Counted from the first letter of the stretch, positions 41,065-53,999 are shown. The stretch: 64,000 nt of DNA from Oopsacas minuta (GCA_024704765.1 JAKMXF010000336.1:1-64000), one strand, 5' to 3'. The notes: generated from the sequence alone by a model not told the origin. A program made the numbers and translations.

Positions 41065-41905
41065 TATGTATGCAAATCTTGTCATTAGTAATTTGGCATT
41101 TATAACATTTAACAAGTCATTATGTTACAGAGGCTGTAACATAATGACTATATAAATAGTAGTCATTTTGCTACAAAGAGTCATTATGTTACGAAACAGT
41201 ACTCTGACTTAGGGCCTACGGTTAATATTTACAGAAGCCATATAGTTCGTCCTAGGCGATAGTACTGCAAATGGAGCCATATTTTGTGAATCGACAACTC
41301 ATTTCGCTGGAGATGTTGGCTATTCGACAACATCTACCATAACATATATAATCTAAAACAGATGTAATACTTTCACATAGAGTGTCCCTAATATAATTGT
41401 ATAATTAGTCAGTTTTTAGATTATAGCCTATTACACAGTCGTACCAAATAGTAACTATTTTAGCTATGTTATCTCTAGATTGAATTTATTAAAGCTATTA
41501 ATATCTTGTTTGAAAGTCATTTCGTATTTGTAAAACACTGAATGCTAACTTAGATATCTAAAAAACCTGGAGGAACGTTGTAAAACCAAAAATATAACGA
41601 TCAGCCATTTCTCTAACAATTAATCCAACAAAAGTCCATCCAAACACAAAATTTACATGAAGTCCACATCCCCGCACCTAGGTAACTTAAGAACGAGTAC
41701 AAATGAAACTCCCAGATCCAATAGTACGGGTTTATAATTAATACAATAAAAAGTCCTATCACGTCCTGGTTTCTATAAATCCATATTTTTCTATATCAAT
41801 CTTATCAACAACATCAAAATTCGACCTAATGGAGGGTCGGAAGGGTGTATGGTCTGGAAAGGGGGGAATGATCGACCTGCATCTTGTAGTTAGGGTTGTG
41901 TACAG

Positions 41906-42047
41906 CAAGCGCTCGACCAAATTGAAATGCCATGGTGGCTAACTTAGCTACCACCTCACATAACTAAGCCAAAATACATGATTTTTGGTGGCTTAAGGGA
42001 AAATTCTGGCGGCTATAGCCATCAACCACCGGATTTGTCGAGCACTG
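41906..42047. mobile_element. hAT mini-MITE
   Basis: GCTCGAC(C)AAAT termini; flanks gtgtacag/atgtacag. Confidence 0.7.
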
Positions 42048-42443
42048 ATGTACAGCCTCCCTCTTCCCCCTGTATCCGTCACTAGTTTTACATATTTTTA
42101 GAACAATATTCACGACATAAATCCCTCAAGTAACAAGTCCACTTGTCAAGAAGTGACCTTGTGCATTACTTATTATTGATACTAAAGTAGTTAGGAAGCA
42201 AAATTTGATCAATAATATCACAAAATATACAAATAGAAGAATATAAATGTCCAAGCAACAAAATTTTTGCCTCTAATTGGGAAAGCTAACTAGTAAAGGC
42301 ATAATGACAGAAAAATCCTATGAAGTAAATGGAAATGACAAAAACGCAGAAAATACGAAAAGTTCTATAATAAATATTTTGGACTTTTGAGAATGAAGGC
42401 TGAAATTAAGATTCCATTTAGAGGCATGATCAAACTGAAATAA

Positions 42444-43427
42444 TCAAAAACTGAAATCACATCCTAGTGAGTTACCCTTTGATTCGAGCATATTTTCTGT
42501 TCGTATTGCTAGTTGTTTCATCTGTTCTGAGATTACACGACAGGGAACAAGAATCAAAATTTCATCTCCAAGTGGAATCACTGTTTTTACGAATATTTTC
42601 AGATCGTAAATAACCTGACTTTCAATTTTAACTACATTTGCTTTAGCATGGATCCGTGAGATTAAAGTTAATCCCTCTTTTAGTATGTTACTCATGCTTG
42701 CAACAATGTTCATTCTTTCCCTGTCCGAATTTATTGTTTTCCGTGCAAATTCTATTTCTTCTTCTAGATATATGATATGACTTTCTATATGCAAAATTTG
42801 TTTCTTTTCTTCGTGAATACTTCTTCTGAGGTTAGATTTTAATTCTTCTTGACTTTGTAAATGAGAAACATGTTCTTCATACGTTTGGTGTAACGCTTTT
42901 ACGTTGGCAGCAAGAACTGAATCAGCGATTAGACCCGAGAAGCCTACGATTGGAACGAAAATACCGATTATTGTCGTGGCTATGTTTGTAGTGTTTCTTG
43001 CATTCTCAGCAGATTCCGTTTTCTGTTTCAGTGTATCTAGCTCTACTTTTGTATCTTCAATATTTCCTCTCAATCTTTCCATCTCGTTTTCATTCTCATC
43101 TAATTCACGGTGTACTTTCTCCATAATTCTCGTTTTTTTGTTAATTCTCATGCTAAGATTTGCAATTTCATCTTTCATTGTATTTTCTGAAAGTAGGTAC
43201 TTTGATAATTCATCTCTTATCATATCAATACATTCATCCAACGTCTTTCCAGCTTGTTTAAAATATCTTTCAGCAAAAATGGCATGTCTTCTAAGTGTAA
43301 ATTTAGTTGATACGCGTTCAGATAACGATAGAGTGAGAAAAATGGCTTCCACAGAATCCAAGCCTTTTTGTAATATGCCAAAGAAATCGCTTTTCGACAG
43401 TCTGTTTTTCAACTCCAATGTTGTCAT
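42444..43427 (-). CDS. 327-aa coiled-coil protein with central hydrophobic segment, function unknown
   Basis: Intact ATG-stop intronless ORF in AT-rich DNA; heptad-rich aa ~60-145 and ~178-260; hydrophobic aa 149-177. Confidence 0.75.
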   Translation of the reverse strand: MTTLELKNRLSKSDFFGILQKGLDSVEAIFLTLSLSERVSTKFTLRRHAIFAERYFKQAGKTLDECIDMIRDELSKYLLSENTMKDEIANLSMRINKKTRIMEKVHRELDENENEMERLRGNIEDTKVELDTLKQKTESAENARNTTNIATTIIGIFVPIVGFSGLIADSVLAANVKALHQTYEEHVSHLQSQEELKSNLRRSIHEEKKQILHIESHIIYLEEEIEFARKTINSDRERMNIVASMSNILKEGLTLISRIHAKANVVKIESQVIYDLKIFVKTVIPLGDEILILVPCRVISEQMKQLAIRTENMLESKGNSLGCDFSF

Positions 43428-43445
43428 GATTCTCTAGCAATAAAA

Positions 43446-44070
43446 TTATTGGAAATATATTCTAACTGACAAGAATAAATAGCAGGCACATTTTATGTGA
43501 GATGCCATTTGAAATTTTTTGAGAAGAGACTGGAGGAGATTTTGGAATGCAGTGATTGGGAGACCATGTTGTAAATACTGTAATAGCGCTTTTCTGTTAG
43601 CTATAGATGGAATAAACATACGCAATCCCTGGGAAATGGGAAGTAATTGTTGATCTTCATCAATCTGGATGGAGGATGAGGGGATATCTTTCATTGTGCC
43701 AAGAGTAATGCCATCAAAGATTACAACATCGGGAGAATCTTGGCATTTGGAACAACTAAAACTCTCTCCGTAATTAATATTAATGAGACGGAGATAAGCA
43801 TTCCTAGCTGGATGGAAAACATGATAATGTATTTTCTCAGATCTGCCTAAATGTTTTAGCTTCCGATTCTTTGCTCTAATAAAGAAAGTTCTCATAATAT
43901 TCAAAAGATATCATTGGCATAGGTAATTATATACATACCTGGGATATCCTTGAAGAGTACTCCTTGACATTGTCATCAATTCCCCGTATCCATACAATAA
44001 CGAATAGTGAATGAAGTAGCGATTGTTTCAACTGAGTAGCAGATCAGAGTACCCATCATAACTTGTACAC
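43446..44070 (-). pseudogene. CxC/KDZ (Zisupton/HMGXB3-like) relic
   Basis: YDGYSDLLLS*NNRYFIHYSLL and YGESFSCSKCQDSPDVVIFDGITLG resemble the N-terminal region of KDZ-associated proteins; recognised from memory only. Confidence 0.4.
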
Positions 44071-44073
44071 AAT

Positions 44074-46405
44074 CAGGGTTCTATCTAGGATGTTAAATTT
44101 GGGGGGAAGCTTAGAAATCCTTAGTACCCAATTATCACAATATTACAACCTTGAAGTAAACACCAAACATTCAAGTTAATTCCTAATAATGAAGATTTCT
44201 ATTGTTAGTAAAACATGAAAGGGCCGCTCACAAATTGATTTTTCTAATTTTCATTCCTTTATAATGCTCCAATACTGCCTCTAAATTTTCATCAGATAGG
44301 TGATCAGGACCTTCAATACATATGCGCATACAATAATCAAGTGTCTCTTCACTCATTCGGCTGCGAAGTCTCGTTTCTATTAATTTCATATTGCTAAAAC
44401 TCCTTTCGACTGTGACTGTTGTCACTGGTAATACTTCCTAAATAGCAGCTATCTTTGCCAAGTTTGGAAATGCAGCATATCTCTCCGTTCTCAGCAGTCT
44501 TGAGAGTACAAATTGTATGGACCTACCTTTATACTGTAGGAAGATTTAGCGTCGAAACAATTTCCACTCTGACTCAGTTTCTTTAGCTTCGATGTCAGGT
44601 TATGATATACCTTCATCTCCCCCTACAGTGATCCTTTGTTCTACACTATAAATATCCGTGAGTGTCTTAATCTGTTCCATTCCGTACTCTGATAATTCTT
44701 CTTCTGTACCAGGAAGATGGCGAGGGTCAAAAACAGACATGGCTGAAATGAGTTGAGTAGACTCCATCCTGACATTAATATGATCTATGACACTTTGGAA
44801 GTATGGTCGATACACCTTGTGAAGAAATTCACTCTTCTCTTCTTCCAATACCACGATGTGTTTCTCCCCTAATTGAGCATCATCAGTAAAAACCAAAGAA
44901 TGTTCCTTGAACCATGTGCTGCTTGTTACATCTTCTTTGAGCTCCAACAGCCGTTTAGTAGTACTAGCAACCATCGATGGCACACTCGCAAGATCAATAT
45001 CCTTGGCTTGTAGGCTTCCTTGCAATTTCGCTACGATATAAAGAACATCTGATAGCATGTAGATACATGCGACAGTCTTGTACTTCACTAAGAGAGTTGC
45101 AATTCCATGTGCTTATGCATCCCCAGTTTCTGCGTATATATCTTCAAATGTACTGACCAAAGCTGGTAAACTCCTTCGCACAACAGACACAGCTCTCTCA
45201 CGGGCTAATCACCGAGTATCACTAGGCTTCTGCATTTTGATTTCAGGAGCCTGAAGTTCAGCTTGAATCTCAGCAAGTTTCTCAGCTTTTTTGGAAGAAA
45301 AGTGAAAAGCCTTCCAGATTGTTAATAATATACCCAAAACTCTCTTCACTACTGTATGTTCTGATGCAGCATTTAAAGCACCAAGTTGAAGCTTATGGCA
45401 GCGACAGTGCATATAGATAGAGCTTGGTGCATGTAATCTTAGCCGTATTTGAACACCACTTCTGTGACCCGACATAGTATTTGTATCATTAAAATTAAGT
45501 CCACGCATCTTATCAAAACCAATGTTTTTGGATTGAAGAAAAGTTCGAAGGTAACAAGCGATTGCTTGAGTAATTTTCTCCTTCGCATGCAAAATGCCAA
45601 CAAAATGTTCTACTGGTTTATTATCTTCTATCCAACGTGCACATACTGACAACTCTTCTTGTGATGTTACATCCGTACTTTCATCTACCATTAATGAATA
45701 CAATGGGCTAGCACTGAGACTGGTGATGATTCTCTTCTTGAATACATTGCTAATACTTGAGAGAAGTTCCACTATTGTGGTATATGATTCATATGTCGCA
45801 TTGTGTAGACACTTCTCTTTGTGAGATTTCAGTGTGATGTCCCCATTCTCAATTTGTAAAGTAATGAGGTTTTTCAAATGTAGTTGTATGGGGGATATGA
45901 TGCTTAACCAAGAAATATAAGGATCGAATAAGCTTTTTCATGATGTCACGGTTCTGTTTCTTCTCCTCCGCAGTGGCTGCTTCCAATTGTTCCATTACAT
46001 TACCATGTTCCTCTGTTGATTGAAACATAACCATTATTTCGATCGCTGCTGCGTGCCAATCAGATTTCTCATGTTGTATTAGCAAACTTTCCACCTACAC
46101 CCAATTGTTTATAGGTCTTGTCACCCATGCACCTCTCGCTTGTACCGGTGGTTTACCATGGACCTTACAAATCGTACACACCATACCATTTTGGGATGAA
46201 TCGTAGTCCATCCAAGTATACTCATTCTTCCAAGTAGGATTATAAACTAAGTTGTCCTTGTAGGTTCGCATTTTTTGGCTGTTTTAGAAGCGCATGGAGT
46301 AGAAACAATCGCATCTTCCTCTGGTGGTTGTGGTTCAGACTCAGATATATTGTTGCAATCAGAAATATTTCTTTTAGTTCCTCGAAAGATAACAAATTTA
46401 TCCAT
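44074..46405 (-). mobile_element. hAT (ZNF862-type) transposase pseudogene with one terminus
   Basis: ATG 46405; HEKSDWH, LMVDESTDV..EELSVCARW, HCRCHKLQL, MQKPSDTRW, VERSFSNMKLI.TRLRSRM; TIR-like CAGGGTTCTATCTAG at 44074. Confidence 0.88.
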
Positions 46406-47596
46406 ATGGTAACACTGGGTTAATCAATTATTACCTATGTGAAGTTAACAAAAATAATTTTTCCATTATACTATATCTCAACAATTCGTACATCACTGAT
46501 GTATAGGTATTATTAAACATATCCATTATACTTATTTATCTCAGATCACACTACACAACTAACAAATCTATCACATGGGAAGATGGAAAGGCTTCTATAG
46601 TAGAATGAATATATTTTCTAAATCTCTTTTCTATAATGTTATAGGTTATATATTATTATCAAATCAAATTTTTAATTACAACTCTCTCATTGTATATTTA
46701 TCAAATTAATACAAGTATCCATCTGAGCCTGTTCTTAGCTCAGTCATTACTCTCTGGAAGATTCTGTCTGCTATTGAGGACAATGATCAGTTGGCGAATC
46801 TACTTGAACCCGCTCTAGCTAGAATAATATTAGTTGAAAACACTGTGATATACATGGAAGATGATGCAAGTATTTAAATCTGGAAATCAAGGTGATATAT
46901 CTGTAATGTTAGTAGATTGGATTCCTTACATAACAAATTTTTACTACTGCTAATTGCTTTCTTGTCAACAAGATCAAGAACTATAATTCACTTGTAACTT
47001 CTAGAGATATAGAAAACATAAACTGAACAACTTCTCATAATGTTGTGAAGTGTCTTTGTTATTATTGTAATTGTATGTATTTACATTTAGTATATTTATG
47101 TTGATTGGGTTATTGCCCAATATACATTAGTTTCAATGAACTTCAAATAGAATTTGAATATCTTAGTTTAATACCAGCGAGGGATTATTATGAATAATAG
47201 AAATAACATTTTGATTAGATATTTATGACAATACAGAATTCTTCAAAATCAGCTAATGACGCATCTCTGGTACTTTTACTGTCAGACCAAATATTCAGTA
47301 AGCAATGACCAGCGGCTATCGAATTATACGAGATAACGTTATTTCGAGCTGAGATAACTTTTATCATATAGCTAGTATAGAGTCTTAACCATCACTAATA
47401 CATCTATTCGAGTCACAATGTAGCAATTGTGTTTGATCGAGAATATTAGAATTTACTATCAAATACAGAGCTTTAACGCTCTTCAATTGTTGGAGCAGGC
47501 TCCCACTTCTGCTCCTTACTCAGACAAGGTGCAGACTCGGGCCCGCTCAAGTCAAAATGGAGCGCGCTCCAATTCATTCTTTCAGATTTACATTAG

Positions 47597-48195
47597 ACGA
47601 GACTTTGGCTCGTCGCTCCGCAATGAACTCGGCGTATTGCGTCTCGAGGTATCCATTATTCTCGAATTGACGGTCCCTTTGAGTATCATATAGAAATATA
47701 TTCATAACAATATAATTCACAAATATACGTATATGGCTTATATGTTATTGAATTATTGTGTAAGATCAACCCCATTTGTACCTGTTGAGAGAAAGCCTAT
47801 TCATAAAAGCAACAATATATTTACATATCAACGGACAAACAAACAAACAAACGACAATTCAGATTGAATAATATAGATGGTGTTTACAATACCATATTCG
47901 GACTCAGCATACTCGATTACCCCAGCATAACAATTGAAAGCATGTTTCAACAACAATTTGAAAATTGTTTACTTTATATTCACATGAACAGCAATAAATT
48001 TACATACGATGAATCTCAAAATGTGAAAATCGGATTCAGCATGTTTTATACATTTAGTTAACTTCTATTGAATTATAGTTACTTCCTTGATAGACACGAT
48101 AAATACATAGTTGTGCTATAATTTCAAATTGCATACTGTAAATCCTTTCCTTGACAACGGAAAACAAACAAACAACAATTGAGATTAAATAATAT
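47597..48195 (-). mobile_element. Family H Helitron-like repeat
   Basis: Homologous to 13176-13665. Confidence 0.55.
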
Positions 48196-48846
48196 TGATT
48201 TGCATTTGAAGTAATTAGGATTAATTAATTCATTAGAGATGTGTCAAACCATTTCAATAAATTGTGAATTATACAAAAGTGTCCTAGCATTAGTTTTGTA
48301 TAGCAAGAATACTGAAGTTCATATAGAATAACGATGAAAATTGTAAATTGTTTGCAATTAAATAGGAGCTCGCTGCTTCTAAAATTACCGCAGCTCGACC
48401 TACCTTCCTAAATCATAAATTAAGCGTGTTACTTTAGTGCTTTGTGCTTAATAAAAGCAGTAAAAATGGGATACAAAAGGTAATATTAGGTCAAAGTTGA
48501 ATTGTTAATTATTAAAGCATCTCCAGTGGTGCTTTGGAGCGTTCGCGGTCCTACTTCTATCCTGGAGACGTTTTATAAGAAATATATTAACTTTAATGAT
48601 GAGCTAGGGAGCGTCCTCATCACACTTCGTCTTTGACAAAACAACACTGTGCATCTCCCTAAAGGAGGAACGTTAATCGCAAAACTAGAAATCAAAGGAT
48701 AGTCAGGTCTTATGGCGTACGAGCAGCCCCTAAACAACAAGGAATAATACATAATATGGAAATAGGATTATTTGTTCAAATATAACAAATAGTTATTCAG
48801 AAGGGAACATGAATGATTGTGTGAATATATTAGTAAATAGAAATTA

Positions 48847-49689
48847 TCAATATATATTGAGATGATGTCCATCACAAACTACAATAACTCTTCCCATGTT
48901 ATCTACTTTAATACCGGTAGGATGAGCTATAGATATCTGGTGTATCAATTCTAATTGAGGGTTGAAAATGTAAATATAGTGAGAAGTAAATTTTGTAGTA
49001 AGAATATTGTTAGAATTCTCAATACAGAAATACCATGGATAAATCAGCTGTAGTCCATCTCCTCTAGAGATAATACTCGTATGTAGAATAAGATTGCAGT
49101 TGTACAGATGAAGACAAGGATTAGATTAATCTAGAATATAAATGAACTCTTTTGTAAGTTTAACATCAAGAGGGCAATTGAGGTGATCTTATCCAAACTG
49201 TGTCTTGTAGGTAAGTTCCTCGGACAGTATCTAAATACGATTATTATTAGAATCACATATGTATACCTCACTGTTAGATTCATCGAATGTCAGCCCAAGA
49301 GGATCATAAAATTCCAATTCTCCTTTCCCATGTTTCCCTATTCTAGAAATAAACTCTCCATTCACTTAATAATTCAAAATACAGTAGCTTCTTTGTGAAA
49401 TAGGAATTCTATCTCTACATATAGCTAACCCAATTGGACCATTCATCTTTCCTTCTCCTTCCTCATCTCCAAATTTAAACATAATCTGACCATTACAATC
49501 AAATACTTTCACACAATTATTCCCCCAATCAGCCACATAGATATCTCCTGTAGAATTATCTATAATTACTCCTCTAGGTCCTTTAAGATTTTCTAACCCC
49601 TCTCCCATCTTATAAACACTGACTATAGGTTGTATCTTGCTCTTATAGTCTACAGAGAATATTCTCTCTAAAGTATTAGCTGTAGCCAT
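48847..49689 (-). pseudogene. NHL-repeat gene copy C (premature stop 49366, later frameshifts)
   Basis: Collinear with copy E to the terminal stop. Confidence 0.85.
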
Positions 49690-50169
49690 TAGTTCAGTTC
49701 TGTAACTAGAATAATGAAACAATTCAAATAATATAACTTATCTATTTGACTATAAGTAATGAGCTCTAACTATAAATACAAATCAATACAGAGACCTATA
49801 CAGAGAGATATCAAATTTATATAATTAAATGAATTCAAATAGAATACAGTATATTCTGCTATTTATATTATTATTAGAAGTTCTGAAATGGGAATTACTT
49901 TTGATTCGATTCTCATTAACATAGAGAATTCACAAGATACCATAGGATTCCTTCTCATTCCTAAGTCACCCAAATGCACGTCTCCGCGGGGGACATGGTG
50001 GGCTATACCCCCCTGGCAAGATGTCGTGCGCCAAGACATCTCTTTGGCCCAATTTGCAAACTATCAAATTTCAGCTCCCTTTGCTCGCATAACAAGAAGA
50101 AAAGTCAACTCATGGGAATATACAAATGTAGTTTAAGGTCAATTATCATTATTAGAAATTTATCTAATA

Positions 50170-50842
50170 ACTAATTCTGAAATCTTTTACGAATAACTGT
50201 AGTAGCTTCTGGAGAGTTATAAATGGGGTTCAAGTGATGGGAGGAAGTTATACGTATTCAGTATGCCTCCAATTCTTGTGGTTTTTCTTTCTGAATTTGG
50301 TGGTACGGTACGTCGAGGGAGCGGTTCGACAAAATGATATAGTGCGATGCTGCATTAGGGAGATTACCACCCTTAACCTCGAGAAGTGGTGGAGGGACTT
50401 GGATCGCAACAGGCGCACCATTGATTTAGTGGTACTACTCCGTTAATTCATCAATTATAAGAACTCGTTCGAACGAGTACCCTTCGAAACAGCGGTCTCC
50501 AGGAGGTTTCTTGTAGAAGGATTGTCCGAATTCACGCAAAGTGTAGCTGTTCTTCCAAGTCATGTGGAGCCACACATATATAACATTTGGGAGTGGGCTG
50601 TATGGCTTTGAGTTTGAATGTATGAACTCGTACTCTTCTGGATGCTACCAGATGAGATCAAAAGAGAATGTGCCGTCAACGAGTCGCTGATATACAATAC
50701 GCTTTCTTTGGAGTTTGGACGGCGGGGGGAGATCTTATTGGGATTTGGAAACATTGGGGATTTCCCCACTGGTCATACGACGAGCCCATTTGAGTATAGC
50801 CAATGGCGGCATCGATGTGACAGGTGAGACTGGTTCGACACA
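50170..50842 (-). pseudogene. Endogenous CRESS-DNA-virus Rep fragment (SF3 helicase)
   Basis: Manual translation: PNVIY / CGST*LG(K)T (Walker A, frameshifted) / SYTLREFGQSFYKKPPGDRCFEGYSFERVLIIDE (Walker B) / LEVKGG / YIILSN (motif C) / EAY*IRIT; GC-richer than flanks. Confidence 0.8.
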
Positions 50843-52872
50843 CAAATACTTGAAATTATCTATTTAACTATAAGTAATGAGCTCTAACAATAAATACAAA
50901 TCAACACAGAGACCCATTCAAGAGAGATATCAAATTTCTAAAATTATAGGAATTCAAATAGAATACAGTATACTTTGATCTTCTCTGACATTCATATATA
51001 TTTAATTGTCAATTTATATGTCAGGGCGAATTAGATCTGTAGCTAATATTCGGTCCGTCCGTCCAAACTAGTCCTCCCAAGCAATGCATAGAGACACTTA
51101 AGGGTTGAAATGGGAACTACATTTGATTCCCATTATCACCGAATTCCTCGGAGTGTTCCCACGTGGGATTTCTCACATGGGAATCGTTCCTATTTCCCTA
51201 CAAGATTCCCTTACGGTTCCTTCCCATTACTAAGGCAACCCCACAGACGTGGCAACGGGGATGCATACATGTCATCCTTTGACTCAATTAGCAAACGGTA
51301 ACATTTCGGCTCGCGTCACTCGTATCTTCCTCTCAATTATATGTGATCTCACCCTGTGGCGTCGTTGGACTTGAAATCAGGGGGGTGCACAAATTCAATC
51401 TAGTGTACAAGAAGTTCTGGATGAGGGTCTACGGGCGCTGTAAACAATTGCAATCAGTAAGTTCCAGGACCGAATCCCTTCGCAAGAAATAACGTTTGAA
51501 TTGCAATTACCCAGAAAGTTGACATTTTCTGGTACCTTGGAGTAGTGATGTAGCTTAAAGAATATTTGGGAGCACGGCTCCACCAGGCACATATAGCAAG
51601 ACACCAATGATCTCACCCAAATATGAGGGAGCTTTAAATACCTAAGTAATATTTTTCGAGTATTAACCTGATCAAATGTATCCATAAATGGTAAAATATT
51701 CCAAACCAAATGTGTTTACACAGTTATGAGAAATTGTATCAATTTAAAACCTACGAAGCAATAGAAAAGTAATTAATGTGGTAGCATATATTGCTTGGTG
51801 TCCAAGGACTACCCCCCTACTCCACTAGACCACTGGAAGACTTAAAGCGCTTCCCAGACCCCAGCTAGAGTGCCGTCGTGTTAAATGTGACTGGGTCCGC
51901 CTCCAATATTTCCGAGTTCTACATTATTCGTCCAAGGGACCAGAAAAATCTCAACTTTCTGGACCAATTGCAAGCCAAACAAAATATCTTGGAATGGTTT
52001 CCCTCCGCGACCTTACTGATTGTATACCACGCGCATAGACCATCATCAAGAGCTTGTTGCAAACCAGATTCAAAGCCACACGACGCCACGGCCCAGCTGG
52101 GTAGTTATACCAAACTAACAATCTATAGATACACCACTGAGCATGCCTCTTGCTAAACCCATGAAAACACCTTGCCCCTCGTCTTACCCTCTGCTAACTA
52201 TGAATCCCCTGGTAATTTATTGCCTCCTAGGTCCAAAATCCTAGCGATGTCCCTATAATGAAATTAGGTTGGAAAATTGATGCATAAGGAATAATTAGTA
52301 ATCTCACCAATCTCATCTCCTAATTGTACTAGTGGCTCTGTATTTTTCAGGTCTCGAATTCATCACGAATTTTTCTTTGTATTAAAGCGATCCCTGCTTG
52401 GGCAGATAATTATATTAGTTTCCAATTGATAGTTCTACGTCTGCAATACTTACTATTTATTCGGGTTAAATAAAATGGTGATTATTTTCAATGTGATATT
52501 ATTGCAATAGCGATTATTCTAAATGAGATATTACACAAAATCGAATTTTCAAAATGTATATAAAGCAGTCAGTAATAAAGATTTAAGATTTAAATACATT
52601 TTCAAGATCCTAGTCCTTTACTTATCAGCCCCATCACTTTATGGGGCTGACATAAATTTTTAATGTGGCTCTAGCTGCTTCTCTAGCGCCGCCACCAATT
52701 GCATGATGCTACTCTTAGAATCCCTCGTAATAATTTTGCGGCTTTAATTAATTCAATTAATGAAAACTGATCGTAGATATAGGATATTCTATCATGCTAG
52801 ATTCCGCTATATGCATTCCGGTCGCACAATCTACGACGTAAGTGGTCCTTCTGAACCAAGTACGTCAACTTT

Positions 52873-53266
52873 ATGTGGTCTCCATTGGAGCCTTTATATT
52901 TTGCCATAGATCGAGGTAAAGGTGATTTTCGAAACATTAAAGCAGTTGTCGTGACAGTCGAGCATAATGGTACCTACAAGCTAGGTACAAAATACGGTCT
53001 ATTGAATTCGCATAACACCAGAAATCAATTCACTCCATGCCTGGGTAAATTCTTGGAGATAAATGATGTCCAAACAGGAAAAGAGATTTCTTTGCGACAA
53101 GTATCACGCAATGAATCAGTTGGTACAGGTCAAGGGGTGTTTCATTGCTTTTGTAAGAAACATATCTTCGTACTACGTGCAAGTGTTATCATTCAAATCG
53201 ACTATGTCACAGTAGGTGTCACAACAACCAAAGCTGAAGTAATAAGTAGAGTTGTGAAAATAGAGA
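52873..53266 (+). pseudogene. Ginger2/KRBA2-like integrase C-terminal fragment (copy 2)
   Basis: As copy 1 plus SLRQVSRNESVGTGQGVFHCFC and, shifted, TCKCYHSNRLCHSRCHNNQS*SNK. Confidence 0.65.
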
Positions 53267-53334
53267 CTTCATAGTACTATTAGCAAAGAAAAACGTAAGC
53301 CAAGTAGCTGAGTATTTATAGAAGAATAATTAGC

Positions 53335-53688
53335 CAAAATTCTAGAAATAAACTTCCCATTCACTAGATAATTCAAAATACAGTGGCTAATCTGTAAAAT
53401 TAGAATTATATCTCTACATATAGCTAACCCAATTGGACCATTCGTCTTTCCTTCTCCCTCCTCATCTCTAAATTTAAACATAATCTGACCATTACAATCG
53501 AATACTTTCACACAATTATTCTCATAATCTGCTACGTAGATATCTCCTGTAGAATCATCAATTGTTACTCCGCTAGGTTCGCCAAGATTTTCTAGCCCCC
53601 TTCCCCTTTTACAAACACTGACTATAGGTTGTATCTTGCTCTTATAGTCTACAGAGAATATTCTCTCTAAAGTATTAGCTGTAGCCAT
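53335..53688 (-). pseudogene. NHL-repeat gene copy D (3' truncated)
   Basis: Homology ends after GKFISRI. Confidence 0.85.
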
Positions 53689-53999
53689 TAGTTCAGTTCT
53701 GTAACTAGAATAATGAAACAATTCAAATAATATAACTTATCTATTTGACTATAAGTAATGAGCTCTAACTATAAATACAAATCAATACAGAGACCTATAC
53801 AGAGAGATATCAAATTTATATAATTATATGAATTCAATTAAAATACAGTATATTCCTCTATGCTCTGATATTCTAATATTTAGAGAAGTTATTCAAGACT
53901 CTAGGGTCCAGCTCAAAAGTTCATCCCAGAACCTAAGGTCCTTAGTATCCGCTCCATGAATCCAGGACCTTAAATTTACTTGTGCAAATTTAATTATTT

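Noticed and set aside
42904-43437. 177-aa plus-strand ORF
   Set aside because: Antisense shadow of the 327-aa ORF.
50463-50478. 16-bp palindrome ACTCGTTCGAACGAGT as viral origin
   Set aside because: Lies inside Rep coding sequence, with no loop or TAGTATTAC-type nonanucleotide.
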